From Escherichia coli (GTDB lineage Bacteria; Pseudomonadota; Gammaproteobacteria; Enterobacterales; Enterobacteriaceae), in NCBI RefSeq assembly GCF_003334255.1, contig NZ_QOWU01000015.1: 64,000 nt of DNA; one strand, given 5' to 3'. Below, one piece after another: positions 21,430-35,402 of the stretch. Position 1 is the first letter of the stretch. Each line of letters begins with the position of its first letter. The position numbers and the translations under genes were made by a program. Below the pieces are notes generated by a model. The model was not told the DNA's origin and searched no databases. It was given only the letters and a program-made list of their open reading frames with translations.

Positions 21430-22584
21430 ATGTCTGAACAATTAGTCACACCTGAAAACGTCACCACGAAAGATGGAAAAATCAACCTGCTGGATCTCAA
21501 CCGTCAGCAGATGCGGGAGTTTTTTAAAGATTTAGGTGAAAAACCCTTCCGCGCCGATCAGGTGATGAAGTGGATGTATCACTATTGCTGCGACAACTTT
21601 GATGAGATGACCGACATCAACAAAGTGTTGCGCGGCAAACTGAAAGAGGTGGCGGAAATCCGCGCACCGGAAGTGGTTGAAGAACAGCGTTCATCTGACG
21701 GCACCATTAAATGGGCGATCGCCGTTGGCGATCAGCGCGTCGAAACGGTGTATATCCCGGAAGACGACCGTGCCACGCTCTGCGTCTCTTCGCAGGTGGG
21801 GTGTGCGCTGGAGTGTAAATTCTGTTCCACCGCCCAGCAGGGCTTTAACCGCAACCTGCGGGTGTCGGAAATTATCGGCCAGGTGTGGCGTGCGGCGAAA
21901 ATCGTCGGCGCAGCAAAAGTCACCGGTCAGCGTCCGATCACTAACGTAGTGATGATGGGCATGGGCGAGCCGCTGCTCAACCTGAACAACGTCGTTCCGG
22001 CGATGGAAATCATGCTTGATGATTTCGGTTTTGGCCTGTCTAAACGTCGCGTCACGCTTTCCACTTCCGGTGTAGTTCCGGCGCTGGATAAACTGGGCGA
22101 TATGATCGACGTTGCACTGGCAATTTCCCTGCACGCGCCGAACGACGAAATTCGTGACGAAATTGTGCCGATCAACAAAAAGTACAATATCGAAACGTTC
22201 CTTGCTGCGGTGCGCCGTTATCTGGAGAAATCCAACGCCAATCAGGGCCGAGTCACTATTGAATACGTGATGCTTGACCACGTTAACGACGGCACTGAAC
22301 ACGCGCACCAACTGGCGGAACTGCTGAAAGATACGCCGTGTAAGATCAACCTGATCCCGTGGAACCCGTTCCCGGGTGCGCCGTATGGACGCAGCTCGAA
22401 CAGCCGTATCGACCGTTTCTCAAAAGTGCTGATGAGCTACGGTTTCACCACTATTGTGCGTAAAACTCGTGGTGATGATATCGATGCTGCCTGTGGTCAG
22501 TTGGCGGGCGATGTTATCGACCGTACGAAACGTACCCTGCGTAAACGGATGCAGGGTGAAGCCATCGACATTAAAGCGGTCTGA
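21430..22584 (+). CDS. rlmN: RlmN radical-SAM rRNA/tRNA m2A methyltransferase
   Basis: 384-aa ORF with radical-[11 protein letters not shown]. Confidence 0.95.
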
Positions 22585-22868
22585 TAGCCATTACGCCACG
22601 GTTACTTTATGTACCGTGGCGTAATGTTTTATGAATGAAGTATTAAGTTGCAATTGTCTGGTCAATATTAACGGTGCGTTTTTGCTGACTTTAAGGCAGT
22701 ATGTAACGATGCAACAGTAAGTTAGCCTTAGTGAATGTGGGCTTTGTCACGAGCACACAGACGGTCTTATACTGTATGATAACGGTTAACTTAACGGATG
22801 TTTCGCGGTGTGGGTGAGCATGATGGTTCACCGGCATCTCAATTCTCATTTAAACGTACCTGCAGCGA

Positions 22869-23882
22869 ATGAATACTGAAGCCACGCACGACCAAAATGA
22901 AGCACTTACTACCGGCGCTCGCCTGCGTAATGCTCGCGAACAACTAGGACTTAGTCAGCAGGCCGTTGCCGAGCGACTTTGCCTGAAGGTTTCCACGGTA
23001 CGCGACATTGAAGAAGATAAGGCACCCGCCGATCTTGCTTCAACATTCCTGCGCGGATATATCCGCTCTTATGCGCGTCTGGTACATATTCCAGAAGAAG
23101 AACTGCTGCCAGGGCTGGAAAAGCAGGCTCCACTTCGGGCTGCAAAAGTTGCGCCGATGCAGAGTTTTTCCCTCGGTAAACGCCGCAAAAAACGCGACGG
23201 CTGGCTGATGACCTTCACTTGGCTGGTGTTGTTTGTGGTTATCGGCCTGAGCGGTGCCTGGTGGTGGCAAGACCACAAAGCTCAGCAGGAAGAGATCACC
23301 ACTATGGCCGATCAATCTTCGGCGGAACTGAGCAGTAATAGCGAGCAGGGGCAGAGTGTTCCATTAAATACGTCGACAACTACAGACCCGGCTACAACGT
23401 CCACGCCGCCAGCGTCTGTGGATACTACCGCAACCAACACGCAAACACCTGCCGTAACTGCGCCAGCACCAGTTGTTGATCCGCAACAGAATGCGGTTGT
23501 TTCGCCTTCGCAGGCAAATGTTGATACCGCCGCGACCCCGGCACCAACGGCAGCAACAACGCCAGATGGTGCTGCGCCGTTGCCAACCGATCAGGCTGGC
23601 GTGACCACGCCGGTGGCTGATCCGAATGCGCTGGTGATGAACTTTACTGCCGATTGCTGGCTGGAGGTCACTGATGCTACCGGTAAAAAATTGTTTAGCG
23701 GTATGCAGCGTAAAGACGGTAATTTGAACTTAACCGGCCAGGCACCGTACAAACTGAAAATTGGTGCGCCAGCCGCAGTACAGATCCAGTATCAAGGGAA
23801 ACCTGTCGATCTGAGTCGTTTTATCAGAACTAACCAGGTTGCGCGTCTGACCCTCAATGCCGAACAATCACCGGCGCAGTAA
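22869..23882 (+). CDS. rodZ: RodZ cytoskeleton protein
   Basis: 337-aa ORF: N-terminal HTH, a single TM segment, and a Pro/Thr/Ala-rich periplasmic linker. Confidence 0.93.
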   Translation: MNTEATHDQNEALTTGARLRNAREQLGLSQQAVAERLCLKVSTVRDIEEDKAPADLASTFLRGYIRSYARLVHIPEEELLPGLEKQAPLRAAKVAPMQSFSLGKRRKKRDGWLMTFTWLVLFVVIGLSGAWWWQDHKAQQEEITTMADQSSAELSSNSEQGQSVPLNTSTTTDPATTSTPPASVDTTATNTQTPAVTAPAPVVDPQQNAVVSPSQANVDTAATPAPTAATTPDGAAPLPTDQAGVTTPVADPNALVMNFTADCWLEVTDATGKKLFSGMQRKDGNLNLTGQAPYKLKIGAPAAVQIQYQGKPVDLSRFIRTNQVARLTLNAEQSPAQ

Positions 23883-23908
23883 CAGACGGGTAACGCGGGA
23901 GATTTTTC

Positions 23909-25027
23909 ATGCATAACCAGGCTCCAATTCAACGTAGAAAATCAACACGTATTTACGTTGGGAATGTGCCGATTGGCGATGGTGCTCCCATCGCCGTACA
24001 GTCCATGACCAATACGCGTACGACAGACGTCGAAGCAACGGTCAATCAAATCAAGGCGCTGGAACGCGTTGGCGCTGATATCGTCCGTGTATCCGTACCG
24101 ACGATGGACGCGGCAGAAGCGTTCAAACTCATCAAACAGCAGGTTAACGTGCCGCTGGTGGCTGACATCCACTTCGACTATCGCATTGCGCTGAAAGTAG
24201 CGGAATACGGCGTCGATTGTCTGCGTATTAACCCTGGCAATATCGGTAATGAAGAGCGTATTCGCATGGTGGTTGACTGTGCGCGCGATAAAAACATTCC
24301 GATCCGTATTGGCGTTAACGCCGGATCGCTGGAAAAAGATCTGCAAGAAAAGTATGGCGAACCGACGCCGCAGGCGTTGCTGGAATCTGCCATGCGTCAT
24401 GTTGATCATCTCGATCGCCTGAACTTCGATCAGTTCAAAGTCAGCGTGAAAGCGTCTGACGTCTTCCTCGCTGTTGAGTCTTATCGTTTGCTGGCAAAAC
24501 AGATCGATCAGCCGTTGCATCTGGGGATCACCGAAGCCGGTGGTGCGCGCAGCGGGGCAGTAAAATCCGCCATTGGTTTAGGTCTGCTGCTGTCTGAAGG
24601 CATCGGCGACACGCTGCGCGTATCGCTGGCGGCCGATCCGGTCGAAGAGATCAAAGTCGGTTTCGATATTTTGAAATCGCTGCGTATCCGTTCGCGAGGG
24701 ATCAACTTCATCGCCTGCCCGACCTGTTCGCGTCAGGAATTTGATGTTATCGGTACGGTTAACGCGCTGGAGCAACGCCTGGAAGATATCATCACTCCGA
24801 TGGACGTTTCGATTATCGGCTGCGTGGTGAATGGCCCAGGTGAGGCGCTGGTTTCTACACTCGGCGTCACCGGCGGCAACAAGAAAAGCGGCCTCTATGA
24901 AGATGGCGTGCGCAAAGACCGTCTGGACAACAACGATATGATCGACCAGCTGGAAGCACGCATTCGTGCGAAAGCCAGTCAGCTGGACGAAGCGCGTCGA
25001 ATTGACGTTCAGCAGGTTGAAAAATAA
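23909..25027 (+). CDS. ispG: IspG (GcpE) HMBPP synthase
   Basis: 372-aa ORF with the Fe-S cysteines ([15 protein letters not shown]). Confidence 0.95.
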
Positions 25028-25137
25028 TAACGTGATGGGAAGCGCCTCGCTTCCCGTGTATGATTGAACCCGCATGGCTCCCGAAACATTGAGGGAAGCG
25101 TTGAGGGTTCATTTTTATATTCAGAAAGAGAATAAAC

Positions 25138-26412
25138 GTGGCAAAAAACATTCAAGCCATTCGCGGCATGAACGATTACCTGCCTGGCGAAACGGCCATC
25201 TGGCAGCGCATTGAAGGCACACTGAAAAACGTGCTCGGCAGCTACGGTTACAGTGAAATCCGCTTGCCGATTGTAGAGCAGACCCCGCTATTCAAACGTG
25301 CGATTGGTGAAGTCACCGACGTGGTTGAAAAAGAGATGTACACCTTTGAGGATCGCAATGGCGACAGCCTGACTCTGCGCCCTGAAGGGACGGCGGGCTG
25401 TGTACGCGCCGGCATCGAGCATGGTCTTCTGTACAATCAGGAACAGCGTCTGTGGTATATCGGGCCGATGTTCCGTCACGAGCGTCCGCAGAAAGGGCGT
25501 TATCGTCAGTTCCATCAGTTGGGCTGCGAAGTTTTCGGTCTGCAAGGTCCGGATATCGACGCTGAACTGATTATGCTCACTGCCCGCTGGTGGCGCGCGC
25601 TGGGTATTTCCGAGCACGTAACTCTTGAGCTGAACTCTATCGGTTCGCTGGAAGCACGCGCCAATTACCGCGATGCGCTGGTGGCATTCCTTGAGCAGCA
25701 TAAAGAAAAGCTGGACGAAGACTGCAAACGCCGCATGTACACTAACCCGCTGCGCGTGCTGGATTCAAAAAATCCGGAAGTGCAGGCGCTTCTCAACGAC
25801 GCTCCGGCATTAGGTGACTATCTGGACGAGGAATCTCGTGAGCATTTTGCCGGTCTGTGCAAACTGCTGGAGAGCGCGGGGATCGCTTACACCGTAAACC
25901 AGCGTCTGGTGCGTGGTCTGGATTACTACAACCGTACCGTTTTCGAGTGGGTGACTAACAGTCTCGGCTCCCAGGGCACCGTGTGTGCAGGCGGTCGTTA
26001 TGACGGTCTTGTGGAACAACTGGGCGGTCGTGCAACACCGGCTGTCGGTTTTGCGATGGGCCTCGAACGTCTTGTATTGTTAGTACAGGCCGTTAATCCG
26101 GAATTTAAAGCCGATCCTGTTGTCGATATATACCTGGTGGCTTCAGGTGCTGATACACAATCTGCGGCTATGGCATTAGCTGAGCGTCTGCGTGATGAAT
26201 TACCGGGCGTGAAATTGATGACCAACCACGGCGGCGGCAACTTTAAGAAACAGTTTGCCCGTGCTGATAAATGGGGTGCCCGCGTTGCTGTGGTGCTGGG
26301 TGAGTCTGAAGTGGCTAACGGCACAGCAGTAGTGAAGGATTTGCGCTCTGGTGAGCAAACGGCAGTTGCGCAGGATAGCGTAGCCGCGCATTTGCGCACG
26401 TTACTGGGTTAA
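25138..26412 (+). CDS. hisS: Histidyl-tRNA synthetase
   Basis: 424-aa ORF, GTG start, class II aaRS motifs. Confidence 0.95.
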
Positions 26413-26429
26413 GGAAGGAGAAGGACAGC

Positions 26430-27050
26430 GTGGAAATTTACGAGAACGAAAACGACCAGGTAGAAGCGGTTAAACGCTTTTTTGCTGAAAATGGCAAAGC
26501 ACTGGCTGTTGGGGTGATTTTGGGCGTTGGCGCACTGATTGGCTGGCGCTACTGGAACAGCCATCAGGTTGATTCTGCACGCTCCGCTTCTCTTGCCTAT
26601 CAAAATGCGGTTACCGCAGTGAGCGAAGGCAAACCGGATAGCATCCCGGCGGCGGAAAAATTTGCTGCTGAAAATAAAAATACTTATGGTGCGCTGGCTT
26701 CTTTGGAACTTGCGCAGCAATTTGTTGACAAAAATGAACTAGAGAAAGCTGCCGCCCAGTTACAACAGGGGCTGGCAGACACGAGCGATGAAAATCTCAA
26801 AGCCGTGATAAATCTGCGTCTTGCTCGCGTTCAGGTACAGCTCAAGCAGGCTGATGCCGCGCTGAAAACCCTTGATACCATCAAAGGTGAAGGGTGGGCT
26901 GCCATTGTTGCCGACCTGCGTGGTGAAGCATTGCTGAGCAAAGGTGATAAGCAAGGTGCGCGTAGTGCATGGGAAGCAGGCGTGAAAAGCGATGTTACTC
27001 CGGCACTGAGCGAAATGATGCAGATGAAAATTAATAATTTGTCCATCTGA
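26430..27050 (+). CDS. yfgM: YfgM, inner-membrane-anchored periplasmic TPR-like protein
   Basis: 206-aa ORF, GTG start, one N-terminal TM segment. Confidence 0.9.
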   Translation: MEIYENENDQVEAVKRFFAENGKALAVGVILGVGALIGWRYWNSHQVDSARSASLAYQNAVTAVSEGKPDSIPAAEKFAAENKNTYGALASLELAQQFVDKNELEKAAAQLQQGLADTSDENLKAVINLRLARVQVQLKQADAALKTLDTIKGEGWAAIVADLRGEALLSKGDKQGARSAWEAGVKSDVTPALSEMMQMKINNLSI

Positions 27051-27060
27051 GAGGGACCCG

Positions 27061-28239
27061 ATGCAATTGCGTAAATTACTGCTGCCAGGACTGCTTTCCG
27101 TTACCCTTTTAAGCGGCTGTTCGCTGTTTAACAGCGAAGAAGATGTGGTAAAGATGTCCCCATTGCCAACCGTTGAAAACCAGTTTACGCCGACCACGGC
27201 GTGGAGCACTTCCGTTGGTAGCGGCATTGGCAACTTCTATTCCAATCTTCATCCGGCACTGGCGGACAACGTTGTCTATGCAGCGGACCGCGCTGGTTTA
27301 GTAAAAGCGCTGAATGCGGATGATGGCAAAGAAATCTGGTCTGTCAGCCTGGCCGAGAAAGATGGCTGGTTCTCTAAAGAGCCTGCATTACTTTCTGGCG
27401 GTGTGACCGTGTCTGGTGGGCATGTCTACATTGGCAGCGAAAAGGCGCAGGTTTACGCGCTGAATACCAGCGATGGTACTGTGGCATGGCAAACTAAAGT
27501 CGCGGGTGAAGCACTTTCGCGCCCGGTGGTCAGCGACGGTCTGGTGTTAATCCACACCAGTAACGGTCAGTTACAAGCGCTGAACGAAGCTGACGGCGCT
27601 GTCAAATGGACAGTTAACCTCGATATGCCTTCGCTCTCTTTGCGTGGCGAGTCTGCGCCGGCAACGGCTTTTGGTGCGGCCGTCGTGGGGGGCGATAATG
27701 GTCGCGTCAGCGCAGTGCTGATGGAACAGGGCCAGATGATTTGGCAGCAGCGTATTTCCCAGGCGACCGGTTCTACCGAAATTGACCGTCTGAGCGATGT
27801 TGACACGACTCCCGTCGTTGTTAACGGCGTTGTTTTCGCGCTGGCCTATAATGGTAACCTGACGGCGCTTGATCTGCGCAGTGGTCAGATTATGTGGAAA
27901 CGCGAACTGGGTTCGGTGAATGATTTCATCGTCGACGGCAATCGCATCTATCTGGTCGATCAAAATGACCGGGTGATGGCGTTGACCATTGATGGCGGCG
28001 TTACGCTGTGGACACAAAGCGATCTGCTGCATCGCCTGCTGACTTCTCCGGTGCTGTATAATGGCAACCTGGTGGTCGGTGACAGTGAAGGTTATCTGCA
28101 CTGGATTAACGTCGAAGATGGTCGTTTCGTTGCCCAGCAAAAAGTTGATAGTTCCGGTTTCCAGACTGAACCGGTTGCCGCTGACGGCAAACTGCTGATC
28201 CAGGCAAAAGACGGAACCGTGTACTCTATTACACGTTAA
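27061..28239 (+). CDS. bamB: BamB outer-membrane assembly lipoprotein
   Basis: 392-aa ORF; lipobox LSGC; PQQ-like beta-propeller repeats. Confidence 0.95.
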   Translation: MQLRKLLLPGLLSVTLLSGCSLFNSEEDVVKMSPLPTVENQFTPTTAWSTSVGSGIGNFYSNLHPALADNVVYAADRAGLVKALNADDGKEIWSVSLAEKDGWFSKEPALLSGGVTVSGGHVYIGSEKAQVYALNTSDGTVAWQTKVAGEALSRPVVSDGLVLIHTSNGQLQALNEADGAVKWTVNLDMPSLSLRGESAPATAFGAAVVGGDNGRVSAVLMEQGQMIWQQRISQATGSTEIDRLSDVDTTPVVVNGVVFALAYNGNLTALDLRSGQIMWKRELGSVNDFIVDGNRIYLVDQNDRVMALTIDGGVTLWTQSDLLHRLLTSPVLYNGNLVVGDSEGYLHWINVEDGRFVAQQKVDSSGFQTEPVAADGKLLIQAKDGTVYSITR

Positions 28240-28356
28240 TCGTCTCTGTCGTTCACTTTGAAAACGGCTCCTGGACAGGGGCCGTTTTCCTGTTTTTAAC
28301 AACGACGCGAATATAGCGTGCGTTGTCTGATGATTTATAAAAATGAGGCTTTAAAC

Positions 28357-29829
28357 ATGGTACCTGTGGTCGCGCTTGTCGGGCGCCCTAACGTAGGAAA
28401 ATCCACGTTATTTAACCGTCTAACTCGCACCCGAGATGCGCTGGTTGCGGATTTCCCGGGTCTGACTCGTGACCGTAAGTACGGTCGTGCGGAAATTGAA
28501 GGCCGTGAGTTTATCTGTATTGATACCGGCGGGATTGATGGCACAGAAGACGGTGTAGAAACCCGCATGGCGGAACAGTCGCTGCTGGCGATTGAAGAAG
28601 CGGACGTCGTACTGTTTATGGTGGATGCGCGCGCGGGCCTGATGCCGGCAGATGAAGCGATTGCCAAACATCTGCGCTCCCGTGAAAAACCGACCTTCCT
28701 GGTGGCAAACAAAACTGACGGTCTGGATCCCGATCAGGCAGTGGTTGATTTCTACTCGCTTGGTTTAGGTGAAATCTACCCGATCGCCGCGTCTCACGGT
28801 CGTGGCGTATTAAGTCTGCTGGAGCATGTGCTGCTGCCGTGGATGGAAGATCTCGCACCGCAAGAGGAAGTCGACGAAGACGCTGAATACTGGGCGCAAT
28901 TTGAAGCGGAAGAGAACGGCGAAGAAGAAGAGGAAGACGACTTCGACCCGCAAAGTCTGCCGATCAAACTGGCGATTGTGGGTCGTCCGAACGTAGGTAA
29001 GTCTACACTCACTAACCGTATTCTTGGTGAAGAGCGCGTTGTTGTTTACGACATGCCTGGCACGACGCGTGACAGCATCTACATCCCAATGGAACGCGAT
29101 GGACGTGAGTATGTGCTCATTGACACCGCTGGCGTACGTAAACGCGGCAAAATCACCGATGCTGTAGAGAAATTCTCCGTAATCAAAACGTTGCAGGCCA
29201 TTGAAGACGCCAACGTGGTGATGTTAGTGATTGATGCGCGCGAAGGTATTTCCGATCAGGATCTCTCGCTGCTGGGCTTTATTCTCAATAGTGGGCGCTC
29301 ACTTGTCATTGTGGTGAATAAGTGGGATGGCCTGAGTCAGGAAGTGAAAGAGCAGGTGAAAGAAACGCTGGACTTCCGTCTGGGCTTTATCGATTTTGCT
29401 CGTGTGCACTTTATCTCTGCCTTGCACGGCAGTGGTGTTGGTAACTTGTTTGAATCAGTACGTGAAGCGTATGACAGCTCCACCCGTCGTGTGGGGACCT
29501 CTATGCTGACGCGCATCATGACGATGGCTGTTGAAGATCACCAACCGCCGCTGGTACGCGGTCGTCGTGTGAAGCTGAAATATGCCCACGCCGGTGGTTA
29601 TAACCCGCCGATTGTGGTGATTCACGGTAATCAGGTGAAAGACCTGCCTGATTCCTACAAGCGCTACTTGATGAACTACTTCCGCAAATCGCTGGACGTA
29701 ATGGGATCGCCGATTCGTATTCAGTTCAAAGAAGGGGAAAACCCGTATGCGAATAAGCGTAACACCCTGACGCCAACCCAGATGCGTAAACGTAAGCGTC
29801 TGATGAAGCACATCAAGAAAAATAAATAA
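28357..29829 (+). CDS. der: Der (EngA) double-GTPase
   Basis: 490 aa from ATG 28357; two G domains, each with GRPNVGKST. Confidence 0.95.
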
Positions 29830-29850
29830 TTATCCGTAAGTATTTTATCT

Positions 29851-29882
29851 GCCATTCCCTCTATGAATGTAGAGGGAATGGC
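29851..29882. repeat. Perfect 13-bp inverted repeat with a 6-nt loop
   Basis: gccattccctcta-tgaatg-tagagggaatggc, between the der stop (29829) and the yfgJ SD/ATG (29899); no T-tract follows. Confidence 0.9.
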
Positions 29883-29898
29883 TACCGGAGGAATTCAT

Positions 29899-31511
<1,613 letters not shown>

Positions 31512-31573
31512 TTATTCAGTCGATAGTAACCCGCCCTTCGGGGATAGCAAGCATTTTTTGCAAAAAGGGGTAG

Positions 31574-31599
31574 ATGCAATCGGTTACGCTCTGTATAAT
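31574..31599 (+). promoter_or_regulatory. guaB promoter -10 with PurR-box-like sequence
   Basis: TATAAT at 31594-31599; atgcaatcggttacgc (31574-31589) resembles the PurR operator. Confidence 0.5.
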
Positions 31600-31642
31600 G
31601 CCGCGGCAATATTTATTAACCACTCTGGTCGAGATATTGCCC

Positions 31643-33109
31643 ATGCTACGTATCGCTAAAGAAGCTCTGACGTTTGACGACGTTCTCCTCGTTCCTGCTC
31701 ACTCTACCGTTCTGCCGAATACTGCTGACCTCAGCACCCAGCTGACGAAAACTATTCGTCTGAATATCCCTATGCTTTCCGCAGCAATGGATACCGTAAC
31801 GGAAGCGCGCCTGGCTATTGCTCTGGCTCAGGAAGGCGGTATCGGCTTTATCCACAAAAACATGTCCATTGAACGCCAGGCAGAAGAAGTTCGCCGTGTG
31901 AAAAAACACGAATCTGGTGTGGTGACTGATCCGCAGACTGTTCTGCCAACCACGACGCTGCGCGAAGTGAAAGAACTGACCGAGCGTAACGGTTTTGCGG
32001 GCTATCCGGTCGTTACCGAAGAAAACGAACTGGTGGGTATTATCACCGGTCGTGACGTGCGTTTTGTTACCGACCTGAACCAGCCGGTTAGCGTTTACAT
32101 GACGCCGAAAGAGCGTCTGGTCACCGTGCGTGAAGGTGAAGCCCGTGAAGTGGTGCTGGCAAAAATGCACGAAAAACGCGTTGAAAAAGCGCTGGTGGTT
32201 GATGACGAATTCCACCTGATCGGCATGATCACCGTGAAAGACTTCCAGAAAGCGGAACGTAAACCGAACGCCTGTAAAGACGAGCAAGGCCGTCTGCGTG
32301 TTGGTGCAGCGGTTGGCGCAGGTGCGGGTAACGAAGAGCGTGTTGACGCGCTGGTTGCCGCAGGCGTTGACGTTCTGCTGATCGACTCCTCCCACGGTCA
32401 CTCAGAAGGTGTACTGCAACGTATCCGTGAAACCCGTGCTAAATATCCGGATCTGCAAATTATCGGCGGCAACGTGGCAACAGCTGCAGGTGCACGCGCT
32501 CTGGCAGAAGCTGGTTGCAGTGCGGTTAAAGTCGGCATTGGCCCTGGCTCTATCTGTACAACTCGTATCGTGACTGGCGTCGGTGTTCCGCAGATTACCG
32601 CTGTTGCTGACGCAGTAGAAGCCCTGGAAGGCACCGGTATTCCGGTTATCGCTGATGGCGGTATTCGCTTCTCCGGCGACATCGCCAAAGCTATCGCCGC
32701 TGGCGCAAGCGCGGTGATGGTAGGTTCCATGCTGGCGGGTACTGAAGAATCTCCGGGTGAAATCGAACTCTACCAGGGCCGTTCTTACAAATCTTACCGT
32801 GGTATGGGTTCCCTGGGCGCGATGTCCAAAGGTTCCTCTGACCGTTATTTCCAGAGCGATAACGCTGCCGACAAACTGGTGCCGGAAGGTATCGAAGGTC
32901 GCGTAGCCTATAAAGGTCGCCTGAAAGAGATCATTCACCAGCAGATGGGCGGCCTGCGCTCCTGTATGGGTCTGACCGGCTGTGGTACTATCGACGAACT
33001 GCGTACTAAAGCGGAGTTTGTACGTATCAGCGGTGCGGGCATTCAGGAAAGCCACGTTCACGACGTGACCATTACTAAAGAGTCCCCGAACTACCGTCTG
33101 GGCTCCTGA
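31643..33109 (+). CDS. guaB: GuaB IMP dehydrogenase
   Basis: 488 aa from ATG 31643 (MLRIAKEA); catalytic loop [11 protein letters not shown]. Confidence 0.97.
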
Positions 33110-33177
33110 TTCTCTTCGCCCGACTTCATGTCGGGCGATTTATATTATCTGTTTCACTTGCCTCGGAATAAGCGTCA

Positions 33178-34755
33178 ATGACGGAAAACATTCATAAGCA
33201 TCGCATCCTCATTCTGGACTTCGGTTCTCAGTACACTCAACTGGTTGCGCGCCGCGTGCGTGAGCTGGGTGTTTACTGCGAACTGTGGGCGTGGGATGTG
33301 ACAGAAGCACAAATTCGTGACTTCAATCCAAGCGGCATTATTCTTTCCGGCGGCCCGGAAAGTACTACTGAAGAAAACAGTCCGCGTGCGCCGCAGTATG
33401 TCTTTGAAGCAGGCGTACCGGTATTCGGCGTTTGCTATGGCATGCAGACCATGGCAATGCAGTTGGGCGGTCACGTTGAAGCCTCTAACGAACGTGAATT
33501 TGGCTACGCGCAGGTTGAAGTCGTAAACGACAGCGCACTGGTTCGCGGTATCGAAGATGCGCTGACCGCAGACGGTAAACCGCTGCTCGATGTCTGGATG
33601 AGCCACGGCGATAAAGTTACCGCTATTCCGTCCGACTTCATCACCGTAGCCAGCACCGAAAGCTGCCCGTTTGCCATTATGGCTAACGAAGAAAAACGCT
33701 TCTATGGCGTACAGTTCCACCCGGAAGTGACTCACACCCGCCAGGGTATGCGCATGCTGGAGCGTTTTGTGCGTGATATCTGCCAGTGTGAAGCCTTGTG
33801 GACGCCAGCGAAAATTATCGACGATGCTGTAGCTCGCATCCGCGAGCAGGTAGGCGACGATAAAGTCATCCTCGGCCTCTCTGGTGGTGTGGATTCCTCC
33901 GTAACCGCAATGCTGCTGCACCGCGCTATCGGTAAAAACCTGACTTGCGTATTCGTCGACAACGGCCTGCTGCGCCTCAACGAAGCAGAGCAGGTTCTGG
34001 ATATGTTTGGCGATCACTTTGGTCTTAACATTGTTCACGTACCGGCAGAAGATCGCTTCCTGTCAGCGCTGGCTGGCGAAAACGATCCGGAAGCAAAACG
34101 TAAAATCATCGGTCGCGTTTTCGTTGAAGTATTCGATGAAGAAGCGCTGAAACTGGAAGACGTGAAGTGGCTGGCGCAGGGCACCATCTACCCTGACGTT
34201 ATCGAATCTGCGGCGTCTGCAACCGGTAAAGCACACGTCATCAAATCTCACCACAACGTGGGCGGCCTGCCGAAAGAGATGAAGATGGGCCTGGTTGAAC
34301 CGCTGAAAGAGCTGTTCAAAGACGAAGTGCGTAAGATTGGTCTGGAGCTGGGCCTGCCGTACGACATGCTGTACCGTCACCCGTTCCCGGGACCAGGCCT
34401 TGGCGTTCGTGTTCTGGGTGAAGTGAAGAAAGAGTACTGTGACCTGCTGCGCCGTGCTGACGCCATCTTCATTGAAGAACTGCGTAAAGCGGACCTGTAC
34501 GACAAAGTCAGCCAGGCGTTCACTGTGTTCCTGCCGGTACGTTCCGTTGGCGTAATGGGCGATGGTCGTAAGTATGACTGGGTTGTCTCTCTGCGTGCTG
34601 TCGAAACCATCGACTTTATGACCGCACACTGGGCGCATCTGCCGTACGATTTCCTCGGTCGCGTTTCCAACCGCATTATCAATGAAGTGAACGGTATTTC
34701 CCGCGTGGTGTATGACATCAGCGGCAAGCCGCCAGCTACCATTGAGTGGGAATGA
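33178..34755 (+). CDS. guaA: GuaA GMP synthase
   Basis: 525-aa ORF with GATase (GVCYGMQ) and PP-loop (SGGVDSS) motifs. Confidence 0.97.
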
Positions 34756-34780
34756 TTTGACCCTGCACTATGAATGAACA

Positions 34781-34810
34781 AAACCCTCTGTTACTACAGA
34801 GGGTTTTTTA
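34781..34810 (+). terminator. Intrinsic terminator of guaBA
   Basis: aaccctctg-ttactac-agagggtt followed by ttttta. Confidence 0.8.
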
Positions 34811-34847
34811 TCTTCAAGAATTATAGGATTGAAGTTACTAACATCGA

Positions 34848-35387
34848 TTAATTAAACCAGCTGTCCGATTTGTTCTCTTCTGCTTTGCCCACGCTTTTCA
34901 TCAGATCGCGACCGCCTTCAGTCATATTTCTGTTGGCGTCAGCTTCAGATTGCACCACATCGGTTTGCGCAGCTTTGTGCTTCAGTTCCTGATCGATAAA
35001 TTCGTTTTCTCGCTTAACGCGGGCTTCTTCTTTCGCCAGCGCCAGTTTTTGTTTCTGAATCTCTAAGCTGCGTAGCTCATCTTCATAACTTTGATCGCGT
35101 TTTTTGTCCGCAGAGGCTTCGGCGTCCAGTTTATCCTGACGAGCTTTCTTATTTGCCGCTGCCGTTGCCGCTCTTTTGTTAGCGGCGGCCTGGGCATTTG
35201 CGCGACGTTGCTTCTCTTGCTGGATTTCCCTGTTGCGCTCCGCGACCCATTCGTCATGCTGCCTTTGCTCTTCATTTTTACCTTGCTGTTCCGCTTCTGC
35301 GACAGCAGAGAGTTGATCCTGCAATGATGAGGCGATAGCCGGATAGCTTAAGGAGGCTAAGATGGCGCAAAGAAAAACTTTCTTCAT
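34848..35387 (-). CDS. yfgI: YfgI, secreted charged coiled-coil protein
   Basis: 179-aa ORF; signal peptide MKKVFLCAILASLSYPAIA; K/E/Q/A-rich. Confidence 0.85.
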   Translation of the reverse strand: MKKVFLCAILASLSYPAIASSLQDQLSAVAEAEQQGKNEEQRQHDEWVAERNREIQQEKQRRANAQAAANKRAATAAANKKARQDKLDAEASADKKRDQSYEDELRSLEIQKQKLALAKEEARVKRENEFIDQELKHKAAQTDVVQSEADANRNMTEGGRDLMKSVGKAEENKSDSWFN

Positions 35388-35402
35388 GACTCCTCCTGAT
35401 TA

